IMG/VR virus record: IMGVR_UViG_3300022542_000430
Length of the DNA: 45,329 nucleotides
Reading direction: 5' to 3' (one strand)
Source: a virus
Below, piece after piece: positions 9,807-17,258 of the stretch. Below the pieces are notes generated by a model. It was given only the letters and a program-made list of their open reading frames with translations. It was not told where the DNA came from and made no database searches. A program made the position numbers and the translations under genes. Numbering within the stretch: the stretch's first letter is position 1; every line of letters begins with the position of its first letter.

Positions 9807-10463
9807 TTATTTACGTTTAAAGAAAATATCTTGGTACAAAGACACAAACTCGAGCCAAGATTCAAAAATAGTGAGCGTGTAAAGGTTTCTGAATGATTCT
9901 AGTTTAAGCTTTTCTAATTCTGCTAAGTTGGTCATAAAAGCAGCTTCAAACAGGACAAAAGGCGAAGCTGTGTATTTTGTCATATAAAGCTTCTTATTTC
10001 TAACTCCTCTATTCTTTAAGCCCGTTGCTTTGGCGATGTTATTCAGGGCAATTTCAGCGAATAGCCGAGACTTTGAACCCTTGTTGATAAAAGCCCCTGT
10101 TCCATTCGCAGACTCAACACGGAACGCATCAGCGTGGAAGGACATACCAAAGCAAAGGCGGTCTTTATAGTTTTCATTATAAGCTTTCTTTTCTCTTATA
10201 ACCCTTCTATACATTGGCGTATCTTTGTGTTCTAGGCTTAGATTAGAAGAAGTGATGTCAATGCCCGTACTTTTAGCCAAACTACAAAGAATCCCCATTT
10301 TAGCTTCAATGCTTGTATTGAATGTATTCTCTCTTAGGCTACCATCTGTTGCCCGCTTGCCCTTTGTTTCCCAACCGTGACCGCTATCCAGTATCAAGTG
10401 CGTAGGTGTATGGATAAGGTGTTTATAGTGCTGTAAAGTTTTTGAAAAGTCTTTTAATTTCAT
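9807..10463 (-). CDS. N-acetylmuramoyl-L-alanine amidase (Amidase_3-type endolysin)
   Basis: Motifs LDSGHG, SFHADA, GTGAF, NRGV and EAAFMTN match the zinc amidase family 3 signature order. Confidence 0.8.
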   Translation of the reverse strand: MKLKDFSKTLQHYKHLIHTPTHLILDSGHGWETKGKRATDGSLRENTFNTSIEAKMGILCSLAKSTGIDITSSNLSLEHKDTPMYRRVIREKKAYNENYKDRLCFGMSFHADAFRVESANGTGAFINKGSKSRLFAEIALNNIAKATGLKNRGVRNKKLYMTKYTASPFVLFEAAFMTNLAELEKLKLESFRNLYTLTIFESWLEFVSLYQDIFFKRK

Positions 10464-10465
10464 TG

Positions 10466-11344
10466 TTAAAGTTTGTTAGCTTCTATAAGAATATAAGAGT
10501 TTACTTTAATTAGTAATTTTTCAATATTTGCCATAATTATATTACCTTCCTTTGTACTTAATTTAGGCTTTTTAAATTCAGACTTAATTACTTCTGCAAA
10601 TTGTAACAACTTTGCTTTGTCGGGTGCTGCTGCTGCTTTGGCCTTTTCAACTAATAGCAGTCTTTTTTCTTCTAGTCTGGCTTCTTCCTTTTTAGCAGCA
10701 GCCTTTTTTAATTTATCGTTCTCTGCTTGTAGTTTTTTACGTTCTTTTTCTTTGGCAATATCCTCTAGTCGTTTAGCTTCTATTCGATTTTCTTCTTCAA
10801 TCCGTTCTTGCTCTAATCTCAAAGCTTCCTTCTTTTCAGCTTCCTTTTTAGCTTCAAAAGTTTGTATTGTGCCAATTAAAAAGCTATTCCAAATAGAAAC
10901 ATCCATATCCCCAAGATTCAAAGGAATTACTTCTACTTCGTATTGTTCTAATTGTGATTCTCTCTCTATTTGAAGTTCTTTAATTTTCTCCTTTTCGATA
11001 TTCTCATAATATTTTTCAATAGTAGATAGCTTTTCCTCTATTCCTTGGGATGCCATTAATTGAGCGTTCTTCCAACCATCGACAAAACGTCCACCTTTCA
11101 AGTAAAAAGACTTCAATTCCTTATGTATTGCTGATGTTCCCGTTCGAACTTTTACATACTTTAATCTTAATGTTTTTGCTTGTTTACAAACGTCTTTAGT
11201 AAATGGTAGCTTTTGTAATTCGTTAAACTCCTTTTCTAAATTTACCATTTCTTCCAACATTGGCACAAACATCTTTGAAATATCTGCCGCTTTAGTTTCT
11301 TCTAATCCGTATTGTTCGTGGTCTACTTTAATTAAGTTACTCAT
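10466..11344 (-). CDS. hypothetical coiled-coil protein (292 aa) in recombination module
   Basis: Start reassigned to ATG 11344, because the track TTG at 11350 is part of the CTTGACA box; Lys/Glu/Ala-rich coiled-coil centre. Confidence 0.6.
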   Translation of the reverse strand: MSNLIKVDHEQYGLEETKAADISKMFVPMLEEMVNLEKEFNELQKLPFTKDVCKQAKTLRLKYVKVRTGTSAIHKELKSFYLKGGRFVDGWKNAQLMASQGIEEKLSTIEKYYENIEKEKIKELQIERESQLEQYEVEVIPLNLGDMDVSIWNSFLIGTIQTFEAKKEAEKKEALRLEQERIEEENRIEAKRLEDIAKEKERKKLQAENDKLKKAAAKKEEARLEEKRLLLVEKAKAAAAPDKAKLLQFAEVIKSEFKKPKLSTKEGNIIMANIEKLLIKVNSYILIEANKL

Positions 11345-11351
11345 TGTCAAG
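11345..11351 (-). promoter_or_regulatory. start-proximal CTTGACA box
   Basis: Minus strand reads AAAAAACTTGACAATG; 0 nt before ATG 11344. Confidence 0.55.
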
Positions 11352-11355
11352 TTTT

Positions 11356-11805
11356 TTAATGTTTATTATCGTGAGTTAAATTTTGTAATCTTTTTTTATC
11401 CTCCTTTTCAAAGCTTATTCTTTGTTGGCAAGCAGATAGAACTTTGTTTAATTGCCTTAATTGGAGACTAATTATGTAGCTCATTTTCTCCTCTTCAATT
11501 TCTATCCTTCTATTTTCCTCGTTTGCTAGTTCTGCTTTTTCTTCTGCTTTAGCTGCTGTGTCACCGTTGCCTATATGGTAGAGTTTTTTAATGCTGTGGT
11601 TGTGCTTTCGCTCAAAGTAAGCAGTTAGATAGGATGCTTTACAATCTCCTGTTATTTTGCCTATATTCGTACTTAATAGGCTAAGTTTATCTTGAAAATC
11701 AAGGAGCTGCAATATGCTTGCTTTGTCTGCATTCTTTTCGTACCAATCTAGTAAGACATTTACCATGCTTATAACCTCTAAGTCATTCTTATTTAGTTGT
11801 ATCAT
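11356..11805 (-). CDS. hypothetical protein
   Basis: 149-aa ORF in the leftward operon. Confidence 0.55.
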   Translation of the reverse strand: MIQLNKNDLEVISMVNVLLDWYEKNADKASILQLLDFQDKLSLLSTNIGKITGDCKASYLTAYFERKHNHSIKKLYHIGNGDTAAKAEEKAELANEENRRIEIEEEKMSYIISLQLRQLNKVLSACQQRISFEKEDKKRLQNLTHDNKH

Positions 11806-12067
11806 CCTTACTTTTATTTAACTCTTCGTAAGAAATAAGGCATTTGTCGTAAAGAACATCATCATAGGTAGCGGATCCAATAGCTATCCCCTCATTAATT
11901 TCAAACTCCAAAACCTCGTTATCCTCAAACTCTTTGAGTGTTAATGTGGTTTCTTGCTTCGGTTCTTCTGTTGATTCAATTAGGGGCTGGCTTATATTCT
12001 CGTTAAACCAAGATATATGTTTGACCCTGTTTAGTTCTGTTGAGCATTGCCCGTTAGGTAGTTTCAT
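11789..12067 (-). CDS. hypothetical protein
   Basis: 92-aa ORF; its start overlaps the erf stop codon by 1 nt. Confidence 0.5.
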   Translation of the reverse strand: MKLPNGQCSTELNRVKHISWFNENISQPLIESTEEPKQETTLTLKEFEDNEVLEFEINEGIAIGSATYDDVLYDKCLISYEELNKSKDDTTK

Positions 12068-12720
12068 TACTTCTTAATTTTAGCTTTGTTTAATGCAGTT
12101 ACTATTAAGGCTTTTTGTACGGGTGTTATTTTGTAGTTCTTTTCTACCCTTGCGATAGTCCATTTCTTTTCAATAGCCCAATCTATGACTTGATTAACTT
12201 TCCCCTCTATTAAAAAAGTTCTTTTATCAACTTTCTCCTTTTGTGGAGTAGCTATGCTTTCTGAATGTGTTATATCAGTATCGTCTATTTTCCCCACGGG
12301 AGTTAAAAACATATAAAGCAAACAGTTTTTAAGGGCGTATGTAGTTGCTTTCCCTGCTCCTTTATCTTGACTGTCTACTCCATGCCCGTAACCGCTTAAT
12401 TCAATAGATTCTCCGCTTTCGTGAAGTAATAAATACTTAGTCACAACCTCAGTTAAAATAGATTGTTTAGTCTTTTTCGCTTTTGGTGTTGCCTTACTCC
12501 ACGGGTCAGTTTCCTCCCATCTTGATAGTGTTGTTTTAGGCTCAATACTTATTGGGAGAATACAAAGTCCATTGTTAGCCATTGCCTTATTCATTACCTC
12601 CTTAACGTCTTGGTCTTTCGTGCCATCATAAGAACTATTACCAGTACCTACACGGCTGTTTTTCTCCATTCCTTTAACTTCCTTCATTACTGCTATAATC
12701 GCTGCTGCTATTTGTTTCAT
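12067..12720 (-). CDS. erf: Erf-family single-strand annealing protein
   Basis: N-terminal IAVMKEV..K...YDGTK..DV and C-terminal KGAGKATTYALKNCLLYMFL..GKIDDTD resemble P22 Erf (GATSSYARKYCLNGLFGIDD). Confidence 0.75.
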   Translation of the reverse strand: MKQIAAAIIAVMKEVKGMEKNSRVGTGNSSYDGTKDQDVKEVMNKAMANNGLCILPISIEPKTTLSRWEETDPWSKATPKAKKTKQSILTEVVTKYLLLHESGESIELSGYGHGVDSQDKGAGKATTYALKNCLLYMFLTPVGKIDDTDITHSESIATPQKEKVDKRTFLIEGKVNQVIDWAIEKKWTIARVEKNYKITPVQKALIVTALNKAKIKK

Positions 12721-12722
12721 TG

Positions 12723-12729
12723 TATCAAG
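12723..12729 (-). promoter_or_regulatory. start-proximal box, variant CTTGATA
   Basis: Minus strand reads TAAAACTTGATACAATG; 2 nt before ATG 12720. Confidence 0.4.
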
Positions 12730-12731
12730 TT

Positions 12732-13106
12732 TTAAAGGTGGAAAGTATTTTGTTCGTTTTGCATTCTTTTTTCAGCATCCCAGTCCGCTTGCCATGCAAA
12801 CTCCTGTTCTCTTTTGGTCAAAACAGGGGTTTCTTCTGTGGCTGTTGGAGGGTTGTTATCTAGGAGCTCAATTAAAGGGTCTTTAGCTTTTTTAGATTCT
12901 ACCTTATAGGTTATAGGGTAATTGTCAATTAATGTCATTATAGACGAATTAAAAAGGGCTTGATTAAAAGTCCTCTCGCTATAAGTATTTACTTGTTGAC
13001 GATTAACGATATGGATATAAACTTTTCCAAGCTTTTTGAATATATCCCCTGTTTGGTAAGAATAGGATTTTGTTTGTGTGTCGATGTGATACGTTGTTGT
13101 TTTCAT
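12732..13106 (-). CDS. hypothetical protein, first gene of leftward early operon
   Basis: 124-aa ORF next to the divergent control region. Confidence 0.55.
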   Translation of the reverse strand: MKTTTYHIDTQTKSYSYQTGDIFKKLGKVYIHIVNRQQVNTYSERTFNQALFNSSIMTLIDNYPITYKVESKKAKDPLIELLDNNPPTATEETPVLTKREQEFAWQADWDAEKRMQNEQNTFHL

Positions 13107-13142
13107 TTCAATTTCTTTAGTCGTTAATTAATTAGTGTGACA

Positions 13143-13150
13143 CAAATATA
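13143..13150 (-). promoter_or_regulatory. Bacteroidota-type -7 promoter box (TATATTTG) for the leftward early operon
   Basis: Reverse complement of CAAATATA is TATATTTG, a perfect TAnnTTTG; lies ~37 nt upstream of ATG 13106. Confidence 0.6.
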
Positions 13151-13177
13151 CAACGGGTTTCTTTAATTTCCTAATTA

Positions 13178-13221
13178 TTAGAAAGAAATTAGAAAGAAAT
13201 TAGAAAAAGATTGGAAAGTTA
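13178..13221. repeat. four phased 11-bp direct repeats (TTAGAAAGAAA x2, TTAGAAAAAGA, TTGGAAAGTTA) in the divergent control region; operator-like
   Basis: Read directly; one helical turn per repeat; located between the two divergent -7 boxes. Confidence 0.7.
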
Positions 13222-13232
13222 AAATATTATTG

Positions 13233-13240
13233 TATCTTTG
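13233..13240 (+). promoter_or_regulatory. Bacteroidota-type -7 promoter box (TATCTTTG) for the rightward early operon
   Basis: Perfect TAnnTTTG 29 nt upstream of ATG 13269; a TTGG lies 18 nt upstream as a possible -33 element. Confidence 0.6.
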
Positions 13241-13268
13241 AGTTATTGGATAACGAAATTAAAAACAA

Positions 13269-13577
13269 ATGAAACTAAAACAGCGAAAGCAAAAAGGCGT
13301 TTCAGCAGAAGCGTTGGAGTTTATAAAGTCGGAGTACTTATCTTTATTAGATAATTATGGTTTTACTGTTGTATCAGCGACAAGACAGGCATCTAATACC
13401 ATTAAAGGGATAACCGTAAGTGGAAAGACTTTAAGAAAGATTTTTGAAGGTGTCCACATTCACACCAAAACCGTAAAGAGTATTATTTTAGAACTTGGCG
13501 AGACTGTGAGCATTGAAAACGGGCTTATTTGTGTTGCTGAAAAAATAGAAAGCGATGAAGACTGTAATAATAATTAA
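13269..13577 (+). CDS. hypothetical protein, first gene of rightward early operon (possible regulator)
   Basis: 102-aa ORF immediately downstream of the promoter/operator region; no firm motif. Confidence 0.55.
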   Translation: MKLKQRKQKGVSAEALEFIKSEYLSLLDNYGFTVVSATRQASNTIKGITVSGKTLRKIFEGVHIHTKTVKSIILELGETVSIENGLICVAEKIESDEDCNNN

Positions 13578-13908
13578 AGGCTTAATAGCAGGGCTTAATG
13601 GCTCAGATGGACTAATGCAAGAACATTACCGTAAAGGAATAAAGAAAAAGAAAAAGTATCAGCAAATAATTAGAAGCCAAACAAAAAACAGGCACGAAGG
13701 GAAAGTGTCTATTACTTATATTGGTTATAAGTCCGTTCTAATGGATTGGGACAATTTTGCAGCTAGTTTTAAGTACTTAGGGGACTCGCTTGTTAAAACG
13801 AAGGTAATTATCGACGACAGCCCAAAAATAGTACGTCCGTTTATTATTCAGCAAATAAAATGTAAGAGAATTGACCAACGGGTTGAAATTATAATTGAAG
13901 ATATTTAA
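13555..13908 (+). CDS. rusA: RusA-like Holliday junction resolvase
   Basis: MDWDNFAASFKYLGDSLVKTKVIIDDSPKI matches the RusA catalytic pattern D.DN..K...D.L......DD. Confidence 0.6.
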   Translation: MKTVIIIKGLIAGLNGSDGLMQEHYRKGIKKKKKYQQIIRSQTKNRHEGKVSITYIGYKSVLMDWDNFAASFKYLGDSLVKTKVIIDDSPKIVRPFIIQQIKCKRIDQRVEIIIEDI

Positions 13909-13946
13909 AAATCCCAAAGCGGTAAAACTAATTATTAATAAAAAAA

Positions 13947-13953
13947 CTTGACA
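13947..13953 (+). promoter_or_regulatory. start-proximal CTTGACA box
   Basis: AAAAAACTTGACAAAATG; 2 nt before ATG 13956. Confidence 0.55.
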
Positions 13954-13955
13954 AA

Positions 13956-14120
13956 ATGGATATAAGCGAAAAAACAATGAAGGGAATGGAACTTCATGAA
14001 CAAGTTCAAATAACAACAAAGGGTAAATATCCAACTACCTTTTTCATAACAAGAACAATAGGCGGATGGATTTACGAATCATCAAACGAACCTGTTCAAT
14101 TCGTTTTCGTAAAAGAGTAA
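13956..14120 (+). CDS. hypothetical small protein (54 aa), absent from the ORF track
   Basis: Hand translation MDISEKTMKGMELHEQ...FVFVKE ending at TAA; preceded by the CTTGACA box in the standard register. Confidence 0.5.
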   Translation: MDISEKTMKGMELHEQVQITTKGKYPTTFFITRTIGGWIYESSNEPVQFVFVKE

Positions 14121-14155
14121 ACACCCACTTAAAAATTAATTTAACTAAATAAAAA

Positions 14156-14162
14156 CTTGACA
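14156..14162 (+). promoter_or_regulatory. start-proximal CTTGACA box
   Basis: AAAAACTTGACAAGATG; 2 nt before ATG 14165. Confidence 0.55.
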
Positions 14163-14164
14163 AG

Positions 14165-14635
14165 ATGAAAACAATATTCAGTAAAGAATACCTATTAGAG
14201 AATAAAGGATACTACGATAATGAAGATATAGAAAAAGGAATGCTTCATTTCAAAGAAAACAAAGAAATAACTTTGGAGCAGCTTTTTGAGTACCTACCGA
14301 TTAAAGACTTCTGTTGGTTGTTAGTCAGAAAGTGTGAATTAAGTTTATTACAAAAGCAATTCTTTAGTTTATCGTGTGCCGATTTTGTTCTGAAATTTTA
14401 CGAAGCTAAATACCCAAATGACATGAGGGTTAGAGAATGCAACAAAGCGACTAGAGATTATATAAATGGCGATATTAGCAAAGAAGAACTTTTAACTTAT
14501 GCCGCTTCTGCGGCTTCTGCGGCTTCTGCGGCTTCTGCGGCTTCTGCGGATTATGCGGCTTATGCGGATTCATTAGTAGAATTTAAAGAATCAGTAAGAG
14601 TCTTTGTTTTTGAAACCCTCAAAACTATAAAATAG
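14165..14635 (+). CDS. hypothetical protein with C-terminal (AAS)n / AAYA repeat
   Basis: 156-aa ORF; contains 8 tandem 9-bp units at 14501-14572. Confidence 0.6.
   Translation: MKTIFSKEYLLENKGYYDNEDIEKGMLHFKENKEITLEQLFEYLPIKDFCWLLVRKCELSLLQKQFFSLSCADFVLKFYEAKYPNDMRVRECNKATRDYINGDISKEELLTYAASAASAASAASAASADYAAYADSLVEFKESVRVFVFETLKTIK
14501..14572 (+). repeat. 8 x 9-bp tandem repeat (GCGGCTTCT and variants) inside the CDS
   Basis: Read directly; encodes AASAASAASAASAASADYAAYADS. Confidence 0.85.
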
Positions 14636-14636
14636 C

Positions 14637-14822
14637 ATGACCCCAATACAGAAAGCAGAAAAAACGATAAAACGCTTAAAATCTTTTGTAACAATCCAAA
14701 GCACCAAGATACGAAAGTATAAAACTAAGGTTGGAGGACTAATGCGAATTGTTGCTGAGAAGGATAAGGATATTTGTAAACTTGAAAAATACATTCAAAC
14801 CATCCACAATGAAAGCGATTGA
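14637..14822 (+). CDS. hypothetical small basic protein
   Basis: 61-aa ORF starting 2 nt after the previous stop. Confidence 0.5.
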   Translation: MTPIQKAEKTIKRLKSFVTIQSTKIRKYKTKVGGLMRIVAEKDKDICKLEKYIQTIHNESD

Positions 14823-15168
14823 TTTAACCAAGATAGCTTCTTACTTATTCAGGCAGCCCCCCAACCACAAACGCCAGGACTTGATGCACGAGATTTACGC
14901 TATCACTAAGGGATTGCACCCGAAGGATGAAGTAAAGATTGAGTTCAGCAAAGAGCTACAAGACTACCTAAAAAATACCAACGTGAAAGAGATAACAGAA
15001 ACCGCAGGGAAGTTATTCAAGATAGCCCAATTCTTAAAGAAGAACGACCACCAAAGCGAACTATCAAAGAAGATATTTAAAGCTGTTAAAAACGTTCCTA
15101 AGAGTAAAGATGTAACAGTTCCTTTAACTTTGAATGAGTTTTTAGTCATTGAGTCACTAGAAAATTAA
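14809..15168 (+). CDS. hypothetical protein
   Basis: Start moved to ATG 14809 (MKAIDLTK); the longer track ORF from 14749 would overlap the previous gene by 74 nt. Confidence 0.5.
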   Translation: MKAIDLTKIASYLFRQPPNHKRQDLMHEIYAITKGLHPKDEVKIEFSKELQDYLKNTNVKEITETAGKLFKIAQFLKKNDHQSELSKKIFKAVKNVPKSKDVTVPLTLNEFLVIESLEN

Positions 15169-15178
15169 AATAAAACAA

Positions 15179-15601
15179 ATGAAACTAAAAAAGCTAATAG
15201 AAGAATTTAAAAACGATGGGGTTTTATTTGATAAGCTTTACACTTTTGATGAGTTTTTCGAGCAGTTAGATGATTATGCTTTTGAAAGCGGAAATATAAA
15301 AAGAGCTTGGAATATTTTAACCAACTATAAGGATTCACTAAAAGAGTCTTTAACCTTGTCTATGTTTATAAAGGAAGATGTGAATCCTTTGTTATTTGAA
15401 GGGTTTAAAATAGAGATTCAAAACAAACAAAACACCATCATAAATAATGGTAATGTCGAGTTGTTTTTTATAAAAGTAAGAGAATGTGTAATAATAGGCT
15501 TTTGTTATTTAGACAAACCAAGCGGAGAATCTAAGCGACCTAAAACCCTGCACGATTTAGCAGAAGCCACAAAAGAAAACCCCTTAACCCTAGCCCAATG
15601 A
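15179..15601 (+). CDS. hypothetical protein
   Basis: 140-aa ORF. Confidence 0.55.
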   Translation: MKLKKLIEEFKNDGVLFDKLYTFDEFFEQLDDYAFESGNIKRAWNILTNYKDSLKESLTLSMFIKEDVNPLLFEGFKIEIQNKQNTIINNGNVELFFIKVRECVIIGFCYLDKPSGESKRPKTLHDLAEATKENPLTLAQ

Positions 15602-15681
15602 AACGACTTTTAACAATCCTATTACTAACCACCCTACTATTCACCGTTATTGGGTTATGGCGGTGGTGCGTGGGGGTCTAA
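15598..15681 (+). CDS. possible 27-aa hydrophobic micropeptide (MKRLLTILLLTTLLFTVIGLWRWCVGV)
   Basis: ATGA overlap with the upstream stop; a single TM-like helix; too short to be sure. Confidence 0.3.
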   Translation: MKRLLTILLLTTLLFTVIGLWRWCVGV

Positions 15682-15694
15682 AACAAAAAACAAG

Positions 15695-15958
15695 ATGAAA
15701 AAAGTAAATTCGTTATTAGAATCAGATGAAATGCAAAACCAATTTATAGGGTACAATCTACTAATAAGCCAATTTGGCATTTCAGAATACGATGCAAAAG
15801 GGCAATTAGCCGAAGCGAACCAAGACGAAGTATGCGATTTATGTTCTGATGAACATTTTGACGGAATTAGCACAAGTTCTGCAACATTTCTTTGTGAGGG
15901 TAGTAGGTGTCCTGAATCTGTGCAATTGTACTTTGAACATATGAACGATTCTCTTTAA
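15695..15958 (+). CDS. hypothetical Cys-rich protein (possible zinc finger)
   Basis: Start moved to ATG 15695 (MKKVNS; the track start is a TTG); has CDLC....C..SRC. Confidence 0.5.
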   Translation: MKKVNSLLESDEMQNQFIGYNLLISQFGISEYDAKGQLAEANQDEVCDLCSDEHFDGISTSSATFLCEGSRCPESVQLYFEHMNDSL

Positions 15959-16001
15959 CCCTGCCACAAACGGCACTTATAACTTATCAACAACTTTAAA
16001 A

Positions 16002-16008
16002 CTTGACA
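16002..16008 (+). promoter_or_regulatory. start-proximal CTTGACA box
   Basis: TAAAACTTGACAGAATG; 2 nt before ATG 16011. Confidence 0.55.
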
Positions 16009-16010
16009 GA

Positions 16011-16607
16011 ATGAAAGAAACATGGAAGCCAGTAAATCACAAAGGCAAAACGTACCTAAACTACAAGGTGTCAAATCTTGGTAACGTTTGGAAGATAAAA
16101 GATAACAAAATCCTTAAACCTGTTATCTTAAAAACTGGCGTACACTATTCCTATTTAGTAGAAGGGAAGAAAAACATTCCTATTCATTTGTTAGTTTGGC
16201 AGTCTTTCAAAGGTAAGATTAAGGAAGGGTTTTTAATCTCTCATAAAGATGGAGATAAGTATAATAATCGCCTGGAGAACTTAGAAAAGATTACACATAG
16301 ACAAAAGCAGTCTAAAGATAACGGGCTTCCTATTGGGGTACTACTCACTAAGTCGGGTACATTTAGATCAAGCATTCGACTAGGTAAAAAAAAGCTTCAT
16401 TTAGGTATTTATTTACGTGCTATCAATGCAGATAAGGCTTATGAGATAGCTTATAAATTAATCATAAGCGGAAAGTGTACCGATGAAATAAAGATTAAAG
16501 AAGCGGTCAATGTCTTGCGTAAAAAGATACGGCTCAAACCTTTGCTTGATGCAACTAGGAGACTAAGCACACAACCGAAGCCTAAACATATTATTTATAA
16601 TTGGTAG
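16011..16607 (+). CDS. HNH homing endonuclease (NUMOD4 + HNH_3 + AP2-like DNA-binding region)
   Basis: WKPV..YKVSNLGNVW (NUMOD4), HKDGDKYNNRLENLE (HNH), GVLLTKSGTFRSSIRLGKKKLHLGIY (AP2-like). Confidence 0.85.
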   Translation: MKETWKPVNHKGKTYLNYKVSNLGNVWKIKDNKILKPVILKTGVHYSYLVEGKKNIPIHLLVWQSFKGKIKEGFLISHKDGDKYNNRLENLEKITHRQKQSKDNGLPIGVLLTKSGTFRSSIRLGKKKLHLGIYLRAINADKAYEIAYKLIISGKCTDEIKIKEAVNVLRKKIRLKPLLDATRRLSTQPKPKHIIYNW

Positions 16608-16622
16608 CTATCTTAAATTAAG

Positions 16623-16646
16623 AAGGGCAAAAATGACCCCTTTTTT
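16623..16646 (+). terminator. weak intrinsic terminator after the HNH gene
   Basis: AAGGG (16623-16627) pairs with CCCTT (16638-16642); the T run extends to 16646. Confidence 0.4.
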
Positions 16647-16663
16647 CTGATAATATATAGAAA

Positions 16664-17026
16664 ATGAGAAATGCTGAACAAATAAAAGGGCTACTTGGTT
16701 CTAGTGAAAAATCAAACAACTTGCTAGGAATTTACTGGTGCTTCCATAATGGAATGTTTGCTGATGACATTATTGACTTTTTAAGAATAGATAATGAGCA
16801 TTGGGATATTGCCGAAATTGAAATAAAAGGGAATCTATTATTAGGGATTGACGTAATAGAGCAAAGGACATATGAAAGGTGTTTTTTTGATGTGCCACTA
16901 AGGAAAAGAATTGAGATGATAGGGTTAAAAACTATTATTTCTTTTGATGAGAATATGTTTCAATTAATAGAGTTCATTATTACTGAGGAAGGAAAAAGAT
17001 ATATCCAAATGAGCATTAAAAAGTAA
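16664..17026 (+). CDS. hypothetical protein
   Basis: 120-aa ORF. Confidence 0.55.
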   Translation: MRNAEQIKGLLGSSEKSNNLLGIYWCFHNGMFADDIIDFLRIDNEHWDIAEIEIKGNLLLGIDVIEQRTYERCFFDVPLRKRIEMIGLKTIISFDENMFQLIEFIITEEGKRYIQMSIKK

Positions 17027-17059
17027 CTGGTTATAACTGGTTATTTTTAGGATGTTTAA

Positions 17060-17242
17060 ATAATTATTCGTATATTGTGGAACGGCAGTAAGTAAGGTGA
17101 GATATACTTTCTGTTGAGTTACAAAAAACAAGACCAAAAAAATATAATTTCTAAAGATATTAAAGCTTTGGAGGTACTAGGATTACACGCAATTTCTTGT
17201 TTTAGTCGTGTTTCTCACCCTATACCTCCAAAGCTTTTTTTT
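17060..17242 (+). promoter_or_regulatory. leader element A: 27-nt conserved promoter-like box, ~150-nt structured leader and long terminator hairpin (candidate attenuator, antitermination site or sRNA)
   Basis: Box ATAATTATTCGTATATTGTGGAACGGC (17060-17086) is identical to 18214-18240. GGTGAGA 17096-17102 complements TCTCACC 17213-17219. The 15-bp stem 17162-17176/17223-17237 is followed by a T run to 17242. Confidence 0.6.
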
Positions 17243-17258
17243 GTTTAAAATTGAAATT

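Noticed and set aside
10617-10973. Plus-strand 118-aa ORF rich in Ser/Ala/Leu/Phe, plus similar antisense ORFs at 42329..42742, 42761..43018, 43076..43390, 43859..44062, 31504..31764 and 33012..33332
   Set aside because: They lie antisense to long Lys/Glu/Ala coiled-coil or other well-supported genes and have low-complexity composition. They are shadow ORFs.
16011-16607. Group I intron or intein context for the HNH endonuclease
   Set aside because: The flanking ORFs are complete and unrelated. No split gene or conserved intron core elements are visible.
17208-17258. N-terminal extensions of ORFs 17208..17846 (GTG start) and 18330..19262
   Set aside because: The extensions run through the terminator hairpins and T runs of leader elements A and B and encode Phe/Leu-rich junk. 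Internal ATGs at 17259 and 18432 follow the structures.
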